In this document: one piece after another, positions 9,973 to 19,734 of the stretch
Layout: each line of letters begins with the position of its first letter
Position numbering within the stretch: position 1 is the first letter of the stretch
Virus record (IMG/VR): IMGVR_UViG_3300012346_000380
Span: 128,001-192,000 of that record
Source: a virus
Taxonomy: Duplodnaviria; Heunggongvirae; Uroviricota; Caudoviricetes
Strand: one strand, 5' to 3'
DNA: 64,000 nucleotides
Translations under genes and position numbers: made by a program
The notes under the pieces: generated by a model
What the model saw: the letters and a program-made list of their open reading frames with translations, nothing else
Databases searched by the model: none
What the model was told of the DNA's origin: nothing

Positions 9973-10899
9973 TTATACCAATTGTAATTTATTTTGTTTC
10001 AAATATTGAAATACAGCTAATTCTTTGGCTTTGGCTTCTACTTCTACATCAATATCTAAGCCATAAGAATCTATTTTGTCATATAAGTAATCTGCATGTG
10101 CTCGCTTATTAGTTTGAGAAGCATCTTCGTGAATAGTTTTACATGAAGAAAAGTGTGTAAGCTGCTTAATATCTTTAGGCCAAGATTTTGCTGCTAATTT
10201 TAAAGAAGCCTCTTGATCTAATTCACCAGGATGACACCAATGATGATGGTAGTCAAAAGTTATAGGAATATGTATGTTACTGTACACAGAATCATATAAG
10301 TCCTGAACTGTGTATTGTGACTCCTTGTCATCGTTTTCTACCACAAGCCTGGATTTAACCGAATCGTCTAATCGTTTAAAGTTTTCGCAGAATCTTTGCA
10401 TAGCAGACGCTTTATCTGGCGCTGTTGTATTAACATGTATGTTGATAGCAGCATAAGGCGTTCTAGGCAAACCAATAAGATCCATGATTTCGCCGTGTGT
10501 ATTTAAATCTCGAATAGTTTTTGTAACCACGTCTGGATTTGCCGAAGCTAATACTGAAAATGGACCGGGATGAAAGGTTAGTCTTTGGTCGTATTGTTTA
10601 GCTAAAGTACCTGCACCTTTAAGAACATTACAAATCTTGTCATAATCTGGCAAATCTTTAAGTTCGTATTCGCTGCACCAAGGAAACATGTCAGAACTCA
10701 TACGATATAATGAAATTCCATTCTTATGATTCCATTTGATAATTTCTACCATATCTTTGACATTTGCCAAGGCTAATTCGCTTGCATAATTAATACCTTT
10801 TTCTGCAAATGTTTTTTTAATCATGCCACGACCAATAGTAACTTTACGTTCTTTTTGCAAAGTCATATTAATACAACAGTACCCTAAATTTATTTTCAT
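9973..10899 (-). CDS. uvsE: UV damage endonuclease UvsE/UVDE
   Basis: LGYCCIN, YRMSS, HPG, ENDD, FDYHH, HAD and EAKAKE motifs; start moved to MKINLG. Confidence 0.93.
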   Translation of the reverse strand: MKINLGYCCINMTLQKERKVTIGRGMIKKTFAEKGINYASELALANVKDMVEIIKWNHKNGISLYRMSSDMFPWCSEYELKDLPDYDKICNVLKGAGTLAKQYDQRLTFHPGPFSVLASANPDVVTKTIRDLNTHGEIMDLIGLPRTPYAAINIHVNTTAPDKASAMQRFCENFKRLDDSVKSRLVVENDDKESQYTVQDLYDSVYSNIHIPITFDYHHHWCHPGELDQEASLKLAAKSWPKDIKQLTHFSSCKTIHEDASQTNKRAHADYLYDKIDSYGLDIDVEVEAKAKELAVFQYLKQNKLQLV

Positions 10900-10915
10900 A
10901 TCTATTATATGTTGA

Positions 10916-11314
10916 TTAATTCCATTGTTTTTCGTAGGCATACCAATGATCAGCTGAAGCACAATCTCGCATACCTTCTAAAATAATTTGATCCATTTCT
11001 GAGCCACTTAAAGAATTTACTAATGCATCGATGTATTGTTCTACGATTAAAGATGGTGCGTATTGACCAGATTCTTTGTACAATTGTTTTTCTGCGTATT
11101 CTACTAAGCCCGAACATATACGACTAGCTACAGAATCATCATCATAAAATCTAGTACCTAAATGATAATCATCTCCTTTTGGAAAACTAGCAAATATCTC
11201 TTCGTTGGTTTTACGTAATCTAAATACTGAAATTGCGGTTTGAATAGTTGGTTTAACATTGTTGGCTTGTTGCGCATTGCTAAAACCGTTGCATTTGAAT
11301 TCTTGAATGTTCAT
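10916..11314 (-). CDS. Hypothetical protein
   Basis: 132 aa; early-type promoter upstream. Confidence 0.6.
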   Translation of the reverse strand: MNIQEFKCNGFSNAQQANNVKPTIQTAISVFRLRKTNEEIFASFPKGDDYHLGTRFYDDDSVASRICSGLVEYAEKQLYKESGQYAPSLIVEQYIDALVNSLSGSEMDQIILEGMRDCASADHWYAYEKQWN

Positions 11315-11371
11315 ATTTTTGTTTTTGTTTATACAGTAAATATACTAAAAAAAATTGAAATAAAAAAATAT

Positions 11372-11569
11372 TTAGTCATTTATTTTTTTATCAAGTGCGT
11401 AATAAACGCCAGCGTAAAATAAAGATAAAAGATCTGTACCATCTTTAATGGTAATTTGAATAGAGATTCCGCCCGACGGCGTAATATCTTCATTTAAAAT
11501 TTCAACTTCTAAATTTTGTTTTTTAACTTCTGTTATTTGATCTGCGCTTAAGACTAAAAAATATTTCAT
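11372..11569 (-). CDS. Hypothetical protein
   Basis: Start moved to MKYFLVL, downstream of the hairpin-promoter element. Confidence 0.55.
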   Translation of the reverse strand: MKYFLVLSADQITEVKKQNLEVEILNEDITPSGGISIQITIKDGTDLLSLFYAGVYYALDKKIND

Positions 11570-11593
11570 ATTGTATTTGTTTTTAATTACTCT

Positions 11594-11635
11594 GTAAATA
11601 TACAAAAAAAAGCCCAAACTAAAAAATTTGGGCTT
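11594..11635 (-). promoter_or_regulatory. Repeated stem-loop plus early promoter element, copy 1 of 4
   Basis: Minus strand AAGCCCAAA-TTTTTTAG-TTTGGGCTT, T-tract, then GTATATTTAC. Confidence 0.75.
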
Positions 11636-11660
11636 ACTTATTTTTAAAAGTTGTTAACAT

Positions 11661-12005
11661 TTATTTCCAGAATAACTGAACACCTAATAGAATTGCTGCT
11701 AAAATTAATGAAATACCTGTTTTTGTATTAATGCCTTCATTCATCATTAAATATGTTAAGGCTGAAAATGTAAACATACCAACTGTAAATCCAATAAATC
11801 TACCAGGCCAAAGAGCACCTTCATAATAAGTTGCTAATTCTTTGGTACCGAGAATAAATGTATATGAAACTATGCTACCGCCGATTAACGCTATTATTAA
11901 AGGATTTCTTTTAAAGAATGGCCATACAAATTGTCCATTAGTTTGAAACCAAACAATAGCTTGTCCGATCGTCAATAAAATAATTCCATTAAATAAATTT
12001 CTCAT
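11661..12005 (-). CDS. Small 4-TM membrane protein (DMT/EamA-like)
   Basis: Four hydrophobic segments in 114 aa. Confidence 0.55.
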   Translation of the reverse strand: MRNLFNGIILLTIGQAIVWFQTNGQFVWPFFKRNPLIIALIGGSIVSYTFILGTKELATYYEGALWPGRFIGFTVGMFTFSALTYLMMNEGINTKTGISLILAAILLGVQLFWK

Positions 12006-12637
12006 TAAAATAATTCTGCTGTTTTTGTAACAATATGTGAAATAAAACTTGTTCGGTGGTGTTCAGACGGACCATGTTCTTTGATAGCATCTAAATGTTG
12101 TTTAGTGCCATATCCTTTATTAGAAGCCCATCCGTATATTTTGCCTTCTTCACATTCTCTCATCCAATTGTCGTGTTTGATTTTTGCAATAATAGAAGCT
12201 GCAGCAATCGATGTATATTTATTATCTCCGCCGACGATCGTTACGTAATTTTTACCATTATAGCCATGGAATTGATCTCCATCGACTAAGATAAAATCAA
12301 AATCTGTAGTTTCTTCAACACCACTTAATGCTAGCATCATACCGTGTAAAGTAGCTTTTAGAATATTCTGCTCTTCTATTAATTTGGCATCTACATGTAC
12401 ACAATACCAAGCGATTGCATTTGCCATTACGATCTTATATGCTTCTTCCTTTTGTTTTTCAGAAAGAAGCTTTGAATCTTTAACTAATGGATGTGAAAAA
12501 TTAACTGGCATTATACATGCAGCTACTGTGACTGGACCAGCGAGAGATCCTCGGCCAGCTTCGTCTACGCCAACTTCTATGATTGATTGGTCTTCGTTAT
12601 AATGTGATTTGAGTGTTACGTATCTAGTGTCAGACAT
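12005..12637 (-). CDS. rnhB: Ribonuclease HII
   Basis: GVDEAGRGSLAGPV, DSK, DG, AAASIIAK and NKGYGT motifs; start moved to MSDTRY. Confidence 0.95.
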   Translation of the reverse strand: MSDTRYVTLKSHYNEDQSIIEVGVDEAGRGSLAGPVTVAACIMPVNFSHPLVKDSKLLSEKQKEEAYKIVMANAIAWYCVHVDAKLIEEQNILKATLHGMMLALSGVEETTDFDFILVDGDQFHGYNGKNYVTIVGGDNKYTSIAAASIIAKIKHDNWMRECEEGKIYGWASNKGYGTKQHLDAIKEHGPSEHHRTSFISHIVTKTAELF

Positions 12638-12688
12638 GTGTATATTATTAAAAGTTATAATAGTTATACACATGTCCTTTACTTTGTT

Positions 12689-13426
12689 TTATTTCTCTGG
12701 ATTGTCTACTCTCCATTTGTCGTATCTGTCTACGACATCTTGTAAAATCTTAGCTCTTACAATATCTTTGTTGGTAAAGATATGTTCGCCTACACCTTTA
12801 ACACCTTTCATTAAGGCTGTAAATCCAGGAAGACCCGCGCTTGCTTTAGGAATATCATATTGACTAACGTCACCTGTTACTAAAACTTTAGAGTTTTTAC
12901 CCATACGAGTTACGAATAACATAAGTTGTTTAAAGGTTGCATTTTGAGCTTCATCTAAAATCATGAAAGCATCGTCAAAGGTATCACCTCTCATAAATGC
13001 AAGTGGTTTGAATTCTATTGCTCCAGAAGAAATTAATCCTTCTGTTAATTCATCACCTACAATCTTCTTGAAGTTTGAAATATAAGATTGCATGTATGGA
13101 TCAATTTTGTCTGCAATATCTCCGGGTAAGAATCCTAACTTTTCTCCAGATTCTTGAATTGGTTTACATAAAATAATTTTGGAAACTTGTTTTGTGGCTA
13201 ATAAATGTAATGACGTAAAACACGCTGTAAATGTTTTTGACGTACCTGCTGGTCCAGAACAAAATGTAATTTCGTTCTTTTGGATCTGCTGAAAATAATC
13301 TTGTTGACTTGGTTTTAATTGTACTCCTACTAAATCTAATTCTTTAACTGTTGTCTTTTTTGGTTTGGCAGCTGTTGGTCTGCTGCTAGTTGATTTTGTT
13401 TTACTTTCTGCTGATCTTTTTTGCAT
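12689..13426 (-). CDS. phoH: PhoH-family ATPase
   Basis: GPAGTSKT, LGFLPG, MRGDTF, LDEAQN, GDVSQ. Confidence 0.95.
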   Translation of the reverse strand: MQKRSAESKTKSTSSRPTAAKPKKTTVKELDLVGVQLKPSQQDYFQQIQKNEITFCSGPAGTSKTFTACFTSLHLLATKQVSKIILCKPIQESGEKLGFLPGDIADKIDPYMQSYISNFKKIVGDELTEGLISSGAIEFKPLAFMRGDTFDDAFMILDEAQNATFKQLMLFVTRMGKNSKVLVTGDVSQYDIPKASAGLPGFTALMKGVKGVGEHIFTNKDIVRAKILQDVVDRYDKWRVDNPEK

Positions 13427-13451
13427 AATTTAGTTTTTGTTTAATTTGTGG

Positions 13452-13709
13452 TTAATCACCTGCATCCACGACTAACTCTTTCAGCTTCACGAGTTTGTCG
13501 CACTTCTCATACTCTTCGACTTCTTCGAAGTATTTAATTAATAAATCTATAAATTTGGATCTTTGGCCTATACCGTGCGGTATTTCAATAGAATTACTTC
13601 CATCTTGGAACGCAATGAAACGATTTACCGTTTTAGTAAAGTTTCGTGTTATTATATAGTAACTAGATCTCATGAGTTGATCTTTCTCCTCATTTGATAT
13701 GTAGCTCAT
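13452..13709 (-). CDS. Small protein with C-terminal UVR-like motif
   Basis: YFEEVEEYEKCDKL. Confidence 0.6.
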   Translation of the reverse strand: MSYISNEEKDQLMRSSYYIITRNFTKTVNRFIAFQDGSNSIEIPHGIGQRSKFIDLLIKYFEEVEEYEKCDKLVKLKELVVDAGD

Positions 13710-13797
13710 GTGTACTTGTGGTATTTTTATCTTATGCTATATATTTACATAGCGTTTACCGAGTGGATTATTGCAGAATTTTATTATGTTAATAAAA

Positions 13798-13989
13798 TTA
13801 ATCTTGGTCCGCTTGAGATTTAATAGCCTGAACGTACTTGGCCTTGGTTATTTCTGTTCTTCTAGTTACAGATGGTTTTTTAAATTCTTGATTATTTCTA
13901 AGTTGCTGGTTTTGTTTAACTTTAGCAACTTTTCTTTTATATTCTTTTAGAGCTTTTTCTATATTACCGTTTACATCTATGATAATCAT
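13798..13989 (-). CDS. rpsU: Ribosomal protein bS21 (Bacteroidetes type)
   Basis: NIEKALKEYKRK...F.KPSVTRR...KAKYVQ. Confidence 0.88.
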   Translation of the reverse strand: MIIIDVNGNIEKALKEYKRKVAKVKQNQQLRNNQEFKKPSVTRRTEITKAKYVQAIKSQADQD

Positions 13990-14011
13990 AACTGTTTGTT
14001 GTGTTTTTAAA

Positions 14012-14821
14012 TTAATCTAATTCTTTAACTCTATTTATTAAAGATAATTGCTCTGAATTTAAATTTTGAAAATTAGTATTGATTTTTATTAATAGTGCAC
14101 CTGACATTTCTGTACCTGCGATTGGCAAGCCTTTTCCAGGCACTCTTAATATTTTACCCGGAGATGTATTTTCTGGAATTTTTATAGAGATTTTACCGCT
14201 TGGTATTCTAATCTCTAAATTAGTACCTAAAATCATGTCATAGAATTTGACAAAGCTTTCAATCATGACGTCATCACCTTGTATAATATAATTTTCATCG
14301 TATTGTACATTGATATTAATGATTAGATCTCCAGCGGGCGCATTAGAATTAAAAGGATTAGGTTGACCTTTGCCTGCCATTTTATATTTAGAACCTTCTC
14401 TGGCACCTTTAGGTATATTAGCATTAATTCTGCCAGTACCGATGTCGATCGATCTAGAAAATCCATTATAGATTTCACTTACAGTTATAGGAATTGTAAC
14501 TCTAATATCTTGACCTTTGGCATTTGGATTATTTCTATATCCACCAAAGTGCATATTAAAATCATCTGCGAAATTATTACCAAATCCCCAGTTTCTTAAT
14601 AAGTCTTCCAGATTAGGTTGACTATTTCTAGAATCATACTCTTGTTTTTTGTTTTTATCACCTAAAACGGAGTAAGCTTCTTGTATTTGTTGAAATTTTT
14701 GTTTAGTATCTTCACCTGTGTTTTTATCTGGGTGATATTCTTTTGCAAGTTTACGATACGCAGATTTAATCTCTTCCTGACTTGCTGTCTTGGGAACTTT
14801 CAATGTTTCGTAATAATTCAT
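14012..14821 (-). CDS. DnaJ/CbpA-type co-chaperone
   Basis: J domain with HPD; DnaJ C-terminal domain; no zinc finger. Confidence 0.92.
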   Translation of the reverse strand: MNYYETLKVPKTASQEEIKSAYRKLAKEYHPDKNTGEDTKQKFQQIQEAYSVLGDKNKKQEYDSRNSQPNLEDLLRNWGFGNNFADDFNMHFGGYRNNPNAKGQDIRVTIPITVSEIYNGFSRSIDIGTGRINANIPKGAREGSKYKMAGKGQPNPFNSNAPAGDLIININVQYDENYIIQGDDVMIESFVKFYDMILGTNLEIRIPSGKISIKIPENTSPGKILRVPGKGLPIAGTEMSGALLIKINTNFQNLNSEQLSLINRVKELD

Positions 14822-14957
14822 TCTTGCGTTTTTTAATTGCCTCTTTAACTTTTTCTATACCGTCATTTTTAATAAGGTTACGCTTTTCATTACGTTCCAT
14901 CATATCGGCAATTCTTTTAAGTTGAGTTGCAATGTCTGTTAATGCTTTTGGTTCCAT
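14766..14957 (-). CDS. Hypothetical protein
   Basis: 63 aa; LKRIAD coiled coil. Confidence 0.45.
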   Translation of the reverse strand: MEPKALTDIATQLKRIADMMERNEKRNLIKNDGIEKVKEAIKKRKNELLRNIESSQDSKSGRD

Positions 14958-15044
14958 AGTTATTATTTTAATATTGTATTATATATTTCGATTAAAAAAC
15001 AAAGGGCACTTAAGTGCCCTAAATTTTATATTTACCTCCAAAAA

Positions 15045-15341
15045 TTATTGATTGAGCTCTTCGACGTATTTGTGTAAAACTGCGCATTTTTCATACTCTT
15101 CTAATTCTGTAAAATACACAATCATAAAATCCAAAGTGCCTCTTAATTGTTCTATTTGTTTTGGCTCGAGATTATGAATTTTAGTATTTACAATATCGAT
15201 ACCATTTTTAGCAATAGATTCATAATTTTCGCGGACTAATCTATCCACTAAACTATTGTATAATTGCTTTGCGTTAATAATTTCTTCTTGTGACATTTCG
15301 TCATCCATTTCAAATTCGTCGTTTTCGTAGTCTGCAAACAT
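15045..15341 (-). CDS. Small protein with C-terminal UVR-like motif
   Basis: YFTELEEYEKCAVL. Confidence 0.6.
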   Translation of the reverse strand: MFADYENDEFEMDDEMSQEEIINAKQLYNSLVDRLVRENYESIAKNGIDIVNTKIHNLEPKQIEQLRGTLDFMIVYFTELEEYEKCAVLHKYVEELNQ

Positions 15342-15396
15342 ATCTTATAGTTTTATACTGTAAATATAATAAAAAGATTTGACATAAAAAAATAAT

Positions 15397-15771
15397 TTAA
15401 GATATTTTTATTTCTTTTGTCACATTTTTTCTCTCAAATGTAATGTATAGAATACCATTTTCCATTGATGCTTTAATAGTATCGACATTTATGTCTTTAA
15501 TTAATCTAAATGATCTTGTAAAAGATTTTTTAAATTTTGTTTCATCAGCTTCTTCAACCTTACTAGAAACAACAAGTAAATCTCCATCGACATCAATCTT
15601 AATGTCTTTTTTAGAAAATCCAGGTAATGCGATACTTAGTGTATTATCCTCTAAACTAGTATCATTAAACGGATTTGCAAATCTGAATTCTTGTTTCCAT
15701 GTCGGTTCAATACTATCAAACATTTTTTCAGCTAATTTTTCAAATGAACTTTTTCCCGTGTGTCCAAACAT
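15397..15771 (-). CDS. Small heat-shock protein (Hsp20)
   Basis: LPGF.K.DI.I, FTRSFRL, A.MENGIL. Confidence 0.9.
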   Translation of the reverse strand: MFGHTGKSSFEKLAEKMFDSIEPTWKQEFRFANPFNDTSLEDNTLSIALPGFSKKDIKIDVDGDLLVVSSKVEEADETKFKKSFTRSFRLIKDINVDTIKASMENGILYITFERKNVTKEIKIS

Positions 15772-15867
15772 AATTTTTATAGTTTATAGTTTCTGGCTTT
15801 ATTGCCATTAATTAATATCCTTCAATTTTTATACCAAGCTAAATAATTTGACATATTGTCATTTATT

Positions 15868-16611
15868 TTAAGAATCTAGTGTCAAAGTGTCAAAGCCACT
15901 CATTTTTAACAGAACATTCGCTGTAGCTTTAACATCTCTTTCGCAATATTCGGTAATAAGTTTTAAATCACCTCTCCAAAATGTAGCGCTAACTTCTCCA
16001 CCGGCTAATTGTTCTTTTGGACTTGGAATTCCCATTACTTCACACACAACACCTAATTTTGCACCGTTCCAACCACCAAATTTCCAAATATCTGAAATAT
16101 CTAAAAGGCAATTGTCCCATGGCTTTACGTTTTGCAAATGAAACTGATATGGTAATTTAACGCCATGGATCATAGCTTTTTTACAGATATAAGGAATATC
16201 AAAGCCTTTGATATTGAAACCGACGATTCGAATAGAAGGTGCTTTTGAAAAAATAGCAGAGAGTGTTGGCAAGAATTCTTCTAAAATAGCCTTCTCATCT
16301 TCACCTGCAAATGATCTCATTTTAAAATCATTAGGAATTCCATCTGAATCTATTTTAACTTGGCCTATAGTTATACAAACAATGCGACCCCATTCTGGAA
16401 ATATAGCAGCTTGTGTATTGTACATTTCAGCATTAGACAATTGGCTTAATTCTACTCGATCTTTTTTAAGATACTGTGCTTTATCAGCCCACCATTCTTC
16501 CATACTTGAGTTAGGCCCTAATGAATCTACAAATGATTCATAATTTTCATGAGAAGATGCTGTTTCGATATCTACGAAAAGCATATTTTTAAGTTCTTCT
16601 GCTTTATACAT
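15868..16611 (-). CDS. DEDDy 3'-5' exonuclease (PolB-exo-like, stand-alone)
   Basis: DIET, GFNIKGFDIPY, YCERDV. Confidence 0.85.
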   Translation of the reverse strand: MYKAEELKNMLFVDIETASSHENYESFVDSLGPNSSMEEWWADKAQYLKKDRVELSQLSNAEMYNTQAAIFPEWGRIVCITIGQVKIDSDGIPNDFKMRSFAGEDEKAILEEFLPTLSAIFSKAPSIRIVGFNIKGFDIPYICKKAMIHGVKLPYQFHLQNVKPWDNCLLDISDIWKFGGWNGAKLGVVCEVMGIPSPKEQLAGGEVSATFWRGDLKLITEYCERDVKATANVLLKMSGFDTLTLDS

Positions 16612-16636
16612 TATTTCTTTGTTTAGTTATTATACA

Positions 16637-16677
16637 GCTAATATACACAAAAAAGCCCAAATAAAAAAATTTGGGCT
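16637..16677 (-). promoter_or_regulatory. Repeated stem-loop plus early promoter element, copy 2 of 4
   Basis: AGCCCAAA...TTTGGGCT hairpin, T-tract, GTATATTAGC. Confidence 0.75.
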
Positions 16678-16698
16678 AACTTATTTTCAAAAAAGTTT

Positions 16699-16908
16699 TT
16701 AAATATTTAAGGGACTGTCCCATGTTCTCTCAGTTCTGATCTTTTGATAATTATGATAATCTACATTAACAGCAGCATAACCCCCTGAGATTGAATATGG
16801 TGCGTCTTCGTGATGGTACCAATAAGGTGGTGGAGTGTCGATTCTATCGTTTAAAAAATCAAACAGTTCGTCAATTTGCATGTGATGCACATATATCGTG
16901 ATGTGCAT
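16699..16908 (-). CDS. Hypothetical protein
   Basis: About 69 aa; start uncertain (16908 or 16932). Confidence 0.5.
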   Translation of the reverse strand: MHITIYVHHMQIDELFDFLNDRIDTPPPYWYHHEDAPYSISGGYAAVNVDYHNYQKIRTERTWDSPLNI

Positions 16909-16949
16909 ACATGTGTTGTTAGGATAACCCATAAAAAAATCTTTTGTTC

Positions 16950-17900
16950 TTATTCTTTTACCTTCCAGTTAGGATTTTGTTTCTTATTAGCTTCAATATC
17001 CTTTTGTCTAAAATCTTTTAGTAATTGAACAGTATCATCGCTTATGGTTTTTTCATACCAGTCTTGGTAGATGCGTTGATATACGAGAGCCATAACTCCA
17101 AATAGTGCTCCGGGTTCTGAATTCATTTCGAAGACGTAAATTTTACCGTCTTTTGTTTCTGCTAAATCAATAGCATAAAAATCCAAATCGTCGTGTGCTT
17201 CTGAGAAATAAGCTATTACCTTTTTAACATCATCACTAGGTTGCTCATTTCTTAAAATATATGAAAAGTTTGTTTCTTGATCTGGATTTTTCTTAGCAAT
17301 ATCTGCAGTTTCATCATCCATTGGTTTTCTTTGAGTCCACTGAATCATTTCTCCACGCCAAACAAAAAATCTATGTTCTTCTTTGATGTCTATTTTTTCT
17401 GAGAATGATGAAAATTTACTTAGATCTGCGTCATCTAATTCTTCTTTAGATTTAAAAACTTGAATACCTAAGCCGCTATGTTCATTATCTGGCTTTGCAA
17501 CTATAGGAAACTTAAGATCTTTGATTCCATTTTTATCTAAAACAGTTGGCATAATATAACCGCTGTCTATGTGTAACTTATAGAATTCTGCTTTTGAACT
17601 TACTTTTTTACGAGCTTCTAATTTATTATAAACCTGATCATTTTGAATGATACCTTCGTCTAGTAATTTTTCTAAAGTCTTTTTATCATAACACAAAACT
17701 GGCAAATCCTTAGGTACACTTTCTAATTCAGTATCTCTAGTAACTACAACCCAATAATCTTTGGGTGTATATTTTGGTCCAGTAATAAATGAATCTTTTA
17801 ATTCGGCTCTACGCGTGATTATAACTTTTTGAAACTCATCTCTTTTATAAGACTCATTTAAAAATTGCTCGAATAACATGATTTTATTTTTACCTTTCAT
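16950..17900 (-). CDS. ATP-grasp (RimK-like) ligase with capsid-targeting-like N-terminus
   Basis: PIVAKP...SGLGI, EHRFFV, AID, EMNSEPG; N-terminal IMLFEQFLNES. Confidence 0.75.
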   Translation of the reverse strand: MKGKNKIMLFEQFLNESYKRDEFQKVIITRRAELKDSFITGPKYTPKDYWVVVTRDTELESVPKDLPVLCYDKKTLEKLLDEGIIQNDQVYNKLEARKKVSSKAEFYKLHIDSGYIMPTVLDKNGIKDLKFPIVAKPDNEHSGLGIQVFKSKEELDDADLSKFSSFSEKIDIKEEHRFFVWRGEMIQWTQRKPMDDETADIAKKNPDQETNFSYILRNEQPSDDVKKVIAYFSEAHDDLDFYAIDLAETKDGKIYVFEMNSEPGALFGVMALVYQRIYQDWYEKTISDDTVQLLKDFRQKDIEANKKQNPNWKVKE

Positions 17901-17913
17901 GTGCTATATATCA

Positions 17914-19728
17914 TTATTCTATAACAAACGTTTCGTTAACATGTTGTTCAGCATCACCAAATCTAGAAGGCACGTCTAAAGCTTTTTCTGCAAAATCTGG
18001 ATCAAATGCCCAATCTTCTTTACCTAATTGTTCAAATCTTTGTTTGATTGCATTGTTATAAATTCTGGCAATTGTTTTAACACGTCTTTGTATATCACCT
18101 CTTGTTAAATCTTGAGTATTCATTTCATTACCGTCATTGTAAAAATACTGAACATATAACAATTTTGGAATTCTTAACATTTTAGTTGTCAAAAATGTTC
18201 TAATAATTAATTCATAATCATCGGCAATAGTTAAGCCTCTGCAATGACCACCTGCTAAAAAATAAGCATCTCGCCTCCAAGCTCTGATATGATTAGGAAT
18301 TCCAACAATGTGTCTAATGGTTTTAGGATTAATATTGGGTGCAATACTCACGTCATATATTCTGCCTAAAGCTTCTTCTTTTTTGTAAGCGCCATAACCG
18401 CAAGCAAAACCTTCTCCATAAATAAGAGATGTATGATCTTCTCTAGACTCAACACAGTCTGAATAAAAGAATCCAACATCTGTGTGTTTTTCTGCAGCTC
18501 TTATTAAATATTCTGCACAATCTGGAGTTAAATAATCATCATGATCAAATTCGGCTAAGATTTCACCCTTTGCCATACAAGCTGCTCTCCATTTAACTTC
18601 TCCTATCAATCCACCTGATTTTTCTCTAAAATCATAAACTTTAACTCTAGGATCTAATGACGCAATATGCTCTGCTATTTTTAATGTTAATCCTCCATCT
18701 GTAGAATCATTAACTATAACCCATTCCCAATTATCATAAGTTTGATTTCTTAAAGATTCATACGTCTTATAAAGTTTGTGTTTGGTATTGTAAATTGGTG
18801 TAAAAAAAGAAACTAAATATCTTTTTGTATTTTGCAACATGTTAAACATAGCCGCGTAATACACTTTTTCTCCAGCACCATCTTCTAATTTTTCTAAATT
18901 AATCCAAGATTTTCTAATTTCTAAAGGAGCATTATATACGTTATTGAATAAACTCTCTTCGCCGATCGTCAAGATTGCGTCTGGTTTAAATTCCATGTAT
19001 TCTTTGATGAATTCAGAATCATTTTCTAAATATCTAACATCTAGCTCATCAGATTCCCAAGAAACTGGATTATTGGTTTTTAAAACTGGGGTTCCTTCTC
19101 CTATATAGAGTATTCTGGGATGTCTGGCTTTGTTTACTTTTTCTAGAGCATTACCATAAGCTAAGATGTCTTGTGTGATCTCCGTTAAATCTGGGTATCT
19201 CTGGTAAAGATTCTGTATAAACATACCATCCGCTAAATAATTATCAACGAACTTGTTATCTTTGAAGTACTGTAATTTAACTGCGTATTGTTGTGCATCT
19301 ATTTTTGTAGGAGCTATATTTTCAGGCATTGCAATTCTATTAAAAAAAGAATTACTCTCTAATGAACCAACACATTGCGAAAATACAAAAATATCTTTTT
19401 CTGCCGGTACTTTTTTTAATCTATTGTACAAATCTTCTTGTAATAGATTATTATCATTTAAAAGATACACAAAACCTTCTTCGTCAATGTCTTTTATAAT
19501 TGAATTTAAACACGTATAATTACCAGCATCTGGTCGAAATAACATCTTAATCCATTTGACATTAAGTTGTTCTAAAATTTCAGCGTCAATATCCTTTAAA
19601 ACATCAGTACTAAATACAACATGCCAAACGATGTTAGCGCTGTCATTATTTATAACTTCTGTGATAGATTGTTTGATTCTTAAAAGATTTGTAGGTTTAC
19701 TACAACGTGTAATTATATGTAATATCAT
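17914..19728 (-). CDS. Multi-domain glycosyltransferase (C-terminal GT2)
   Basis: FTPIYNT, WEWVIVND, DHDD, DDYEL; degenerate GT-A-like N-terminal domain. Confidence 0.85.
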   Translation of the reverse strand: MILHIITRCSKPTNLLRIKQSITEVINNDSANIVWHVVFSTDVLKDIDAEILEQLNVKWIKMLFRPDAGNYTCLNSIIKDIDEEGFVYLLNDNNLLQEDLYNRLKKVPAEKDIFVFSQCVGSLESNSFFNRIAMPENIAPTKIDAQQYAVKLQYFKDNKFVDNYLADGMFIQNLYQRYPDLTEITQDILAYGNALEKVNKARHPRILYIGEGTPVLKTNNPVSWESDELDVRYLENDSEFIKEYMEFKPDAILTIGEESLFNNVYNAPLEIRKSWINLEKLEDGAGEKVYYAAMFNMLQNTKRYLVSFFTPIYNTKHKLYKTYESLRNQTYDNWEWVIVNDSTDGGLTLKIAEHIASLDPRVKVYDFREKSGGLIGEVKWRAACMAKGEILAEFDHDDYLTPDCAEYLIRAAEKHTDVGFFYSDCVESREDHTSLIYGEGFACGYGAYKKEEALGRIYDVSIAPNINPKTIRHIVGIPNHIRAWRRDAYFLAGGHCRGLTIADDYELIIRTFLTTKMLRIPKLLYVQYFYNDGNEMNTQDLTRGDIQRRVKTIARIYNNAIKQRFEQLGKEDWAFDPDFAEKALDVPSRFGDAEQHVNETFVIE

Positions 19729-19734
19729 AATATG

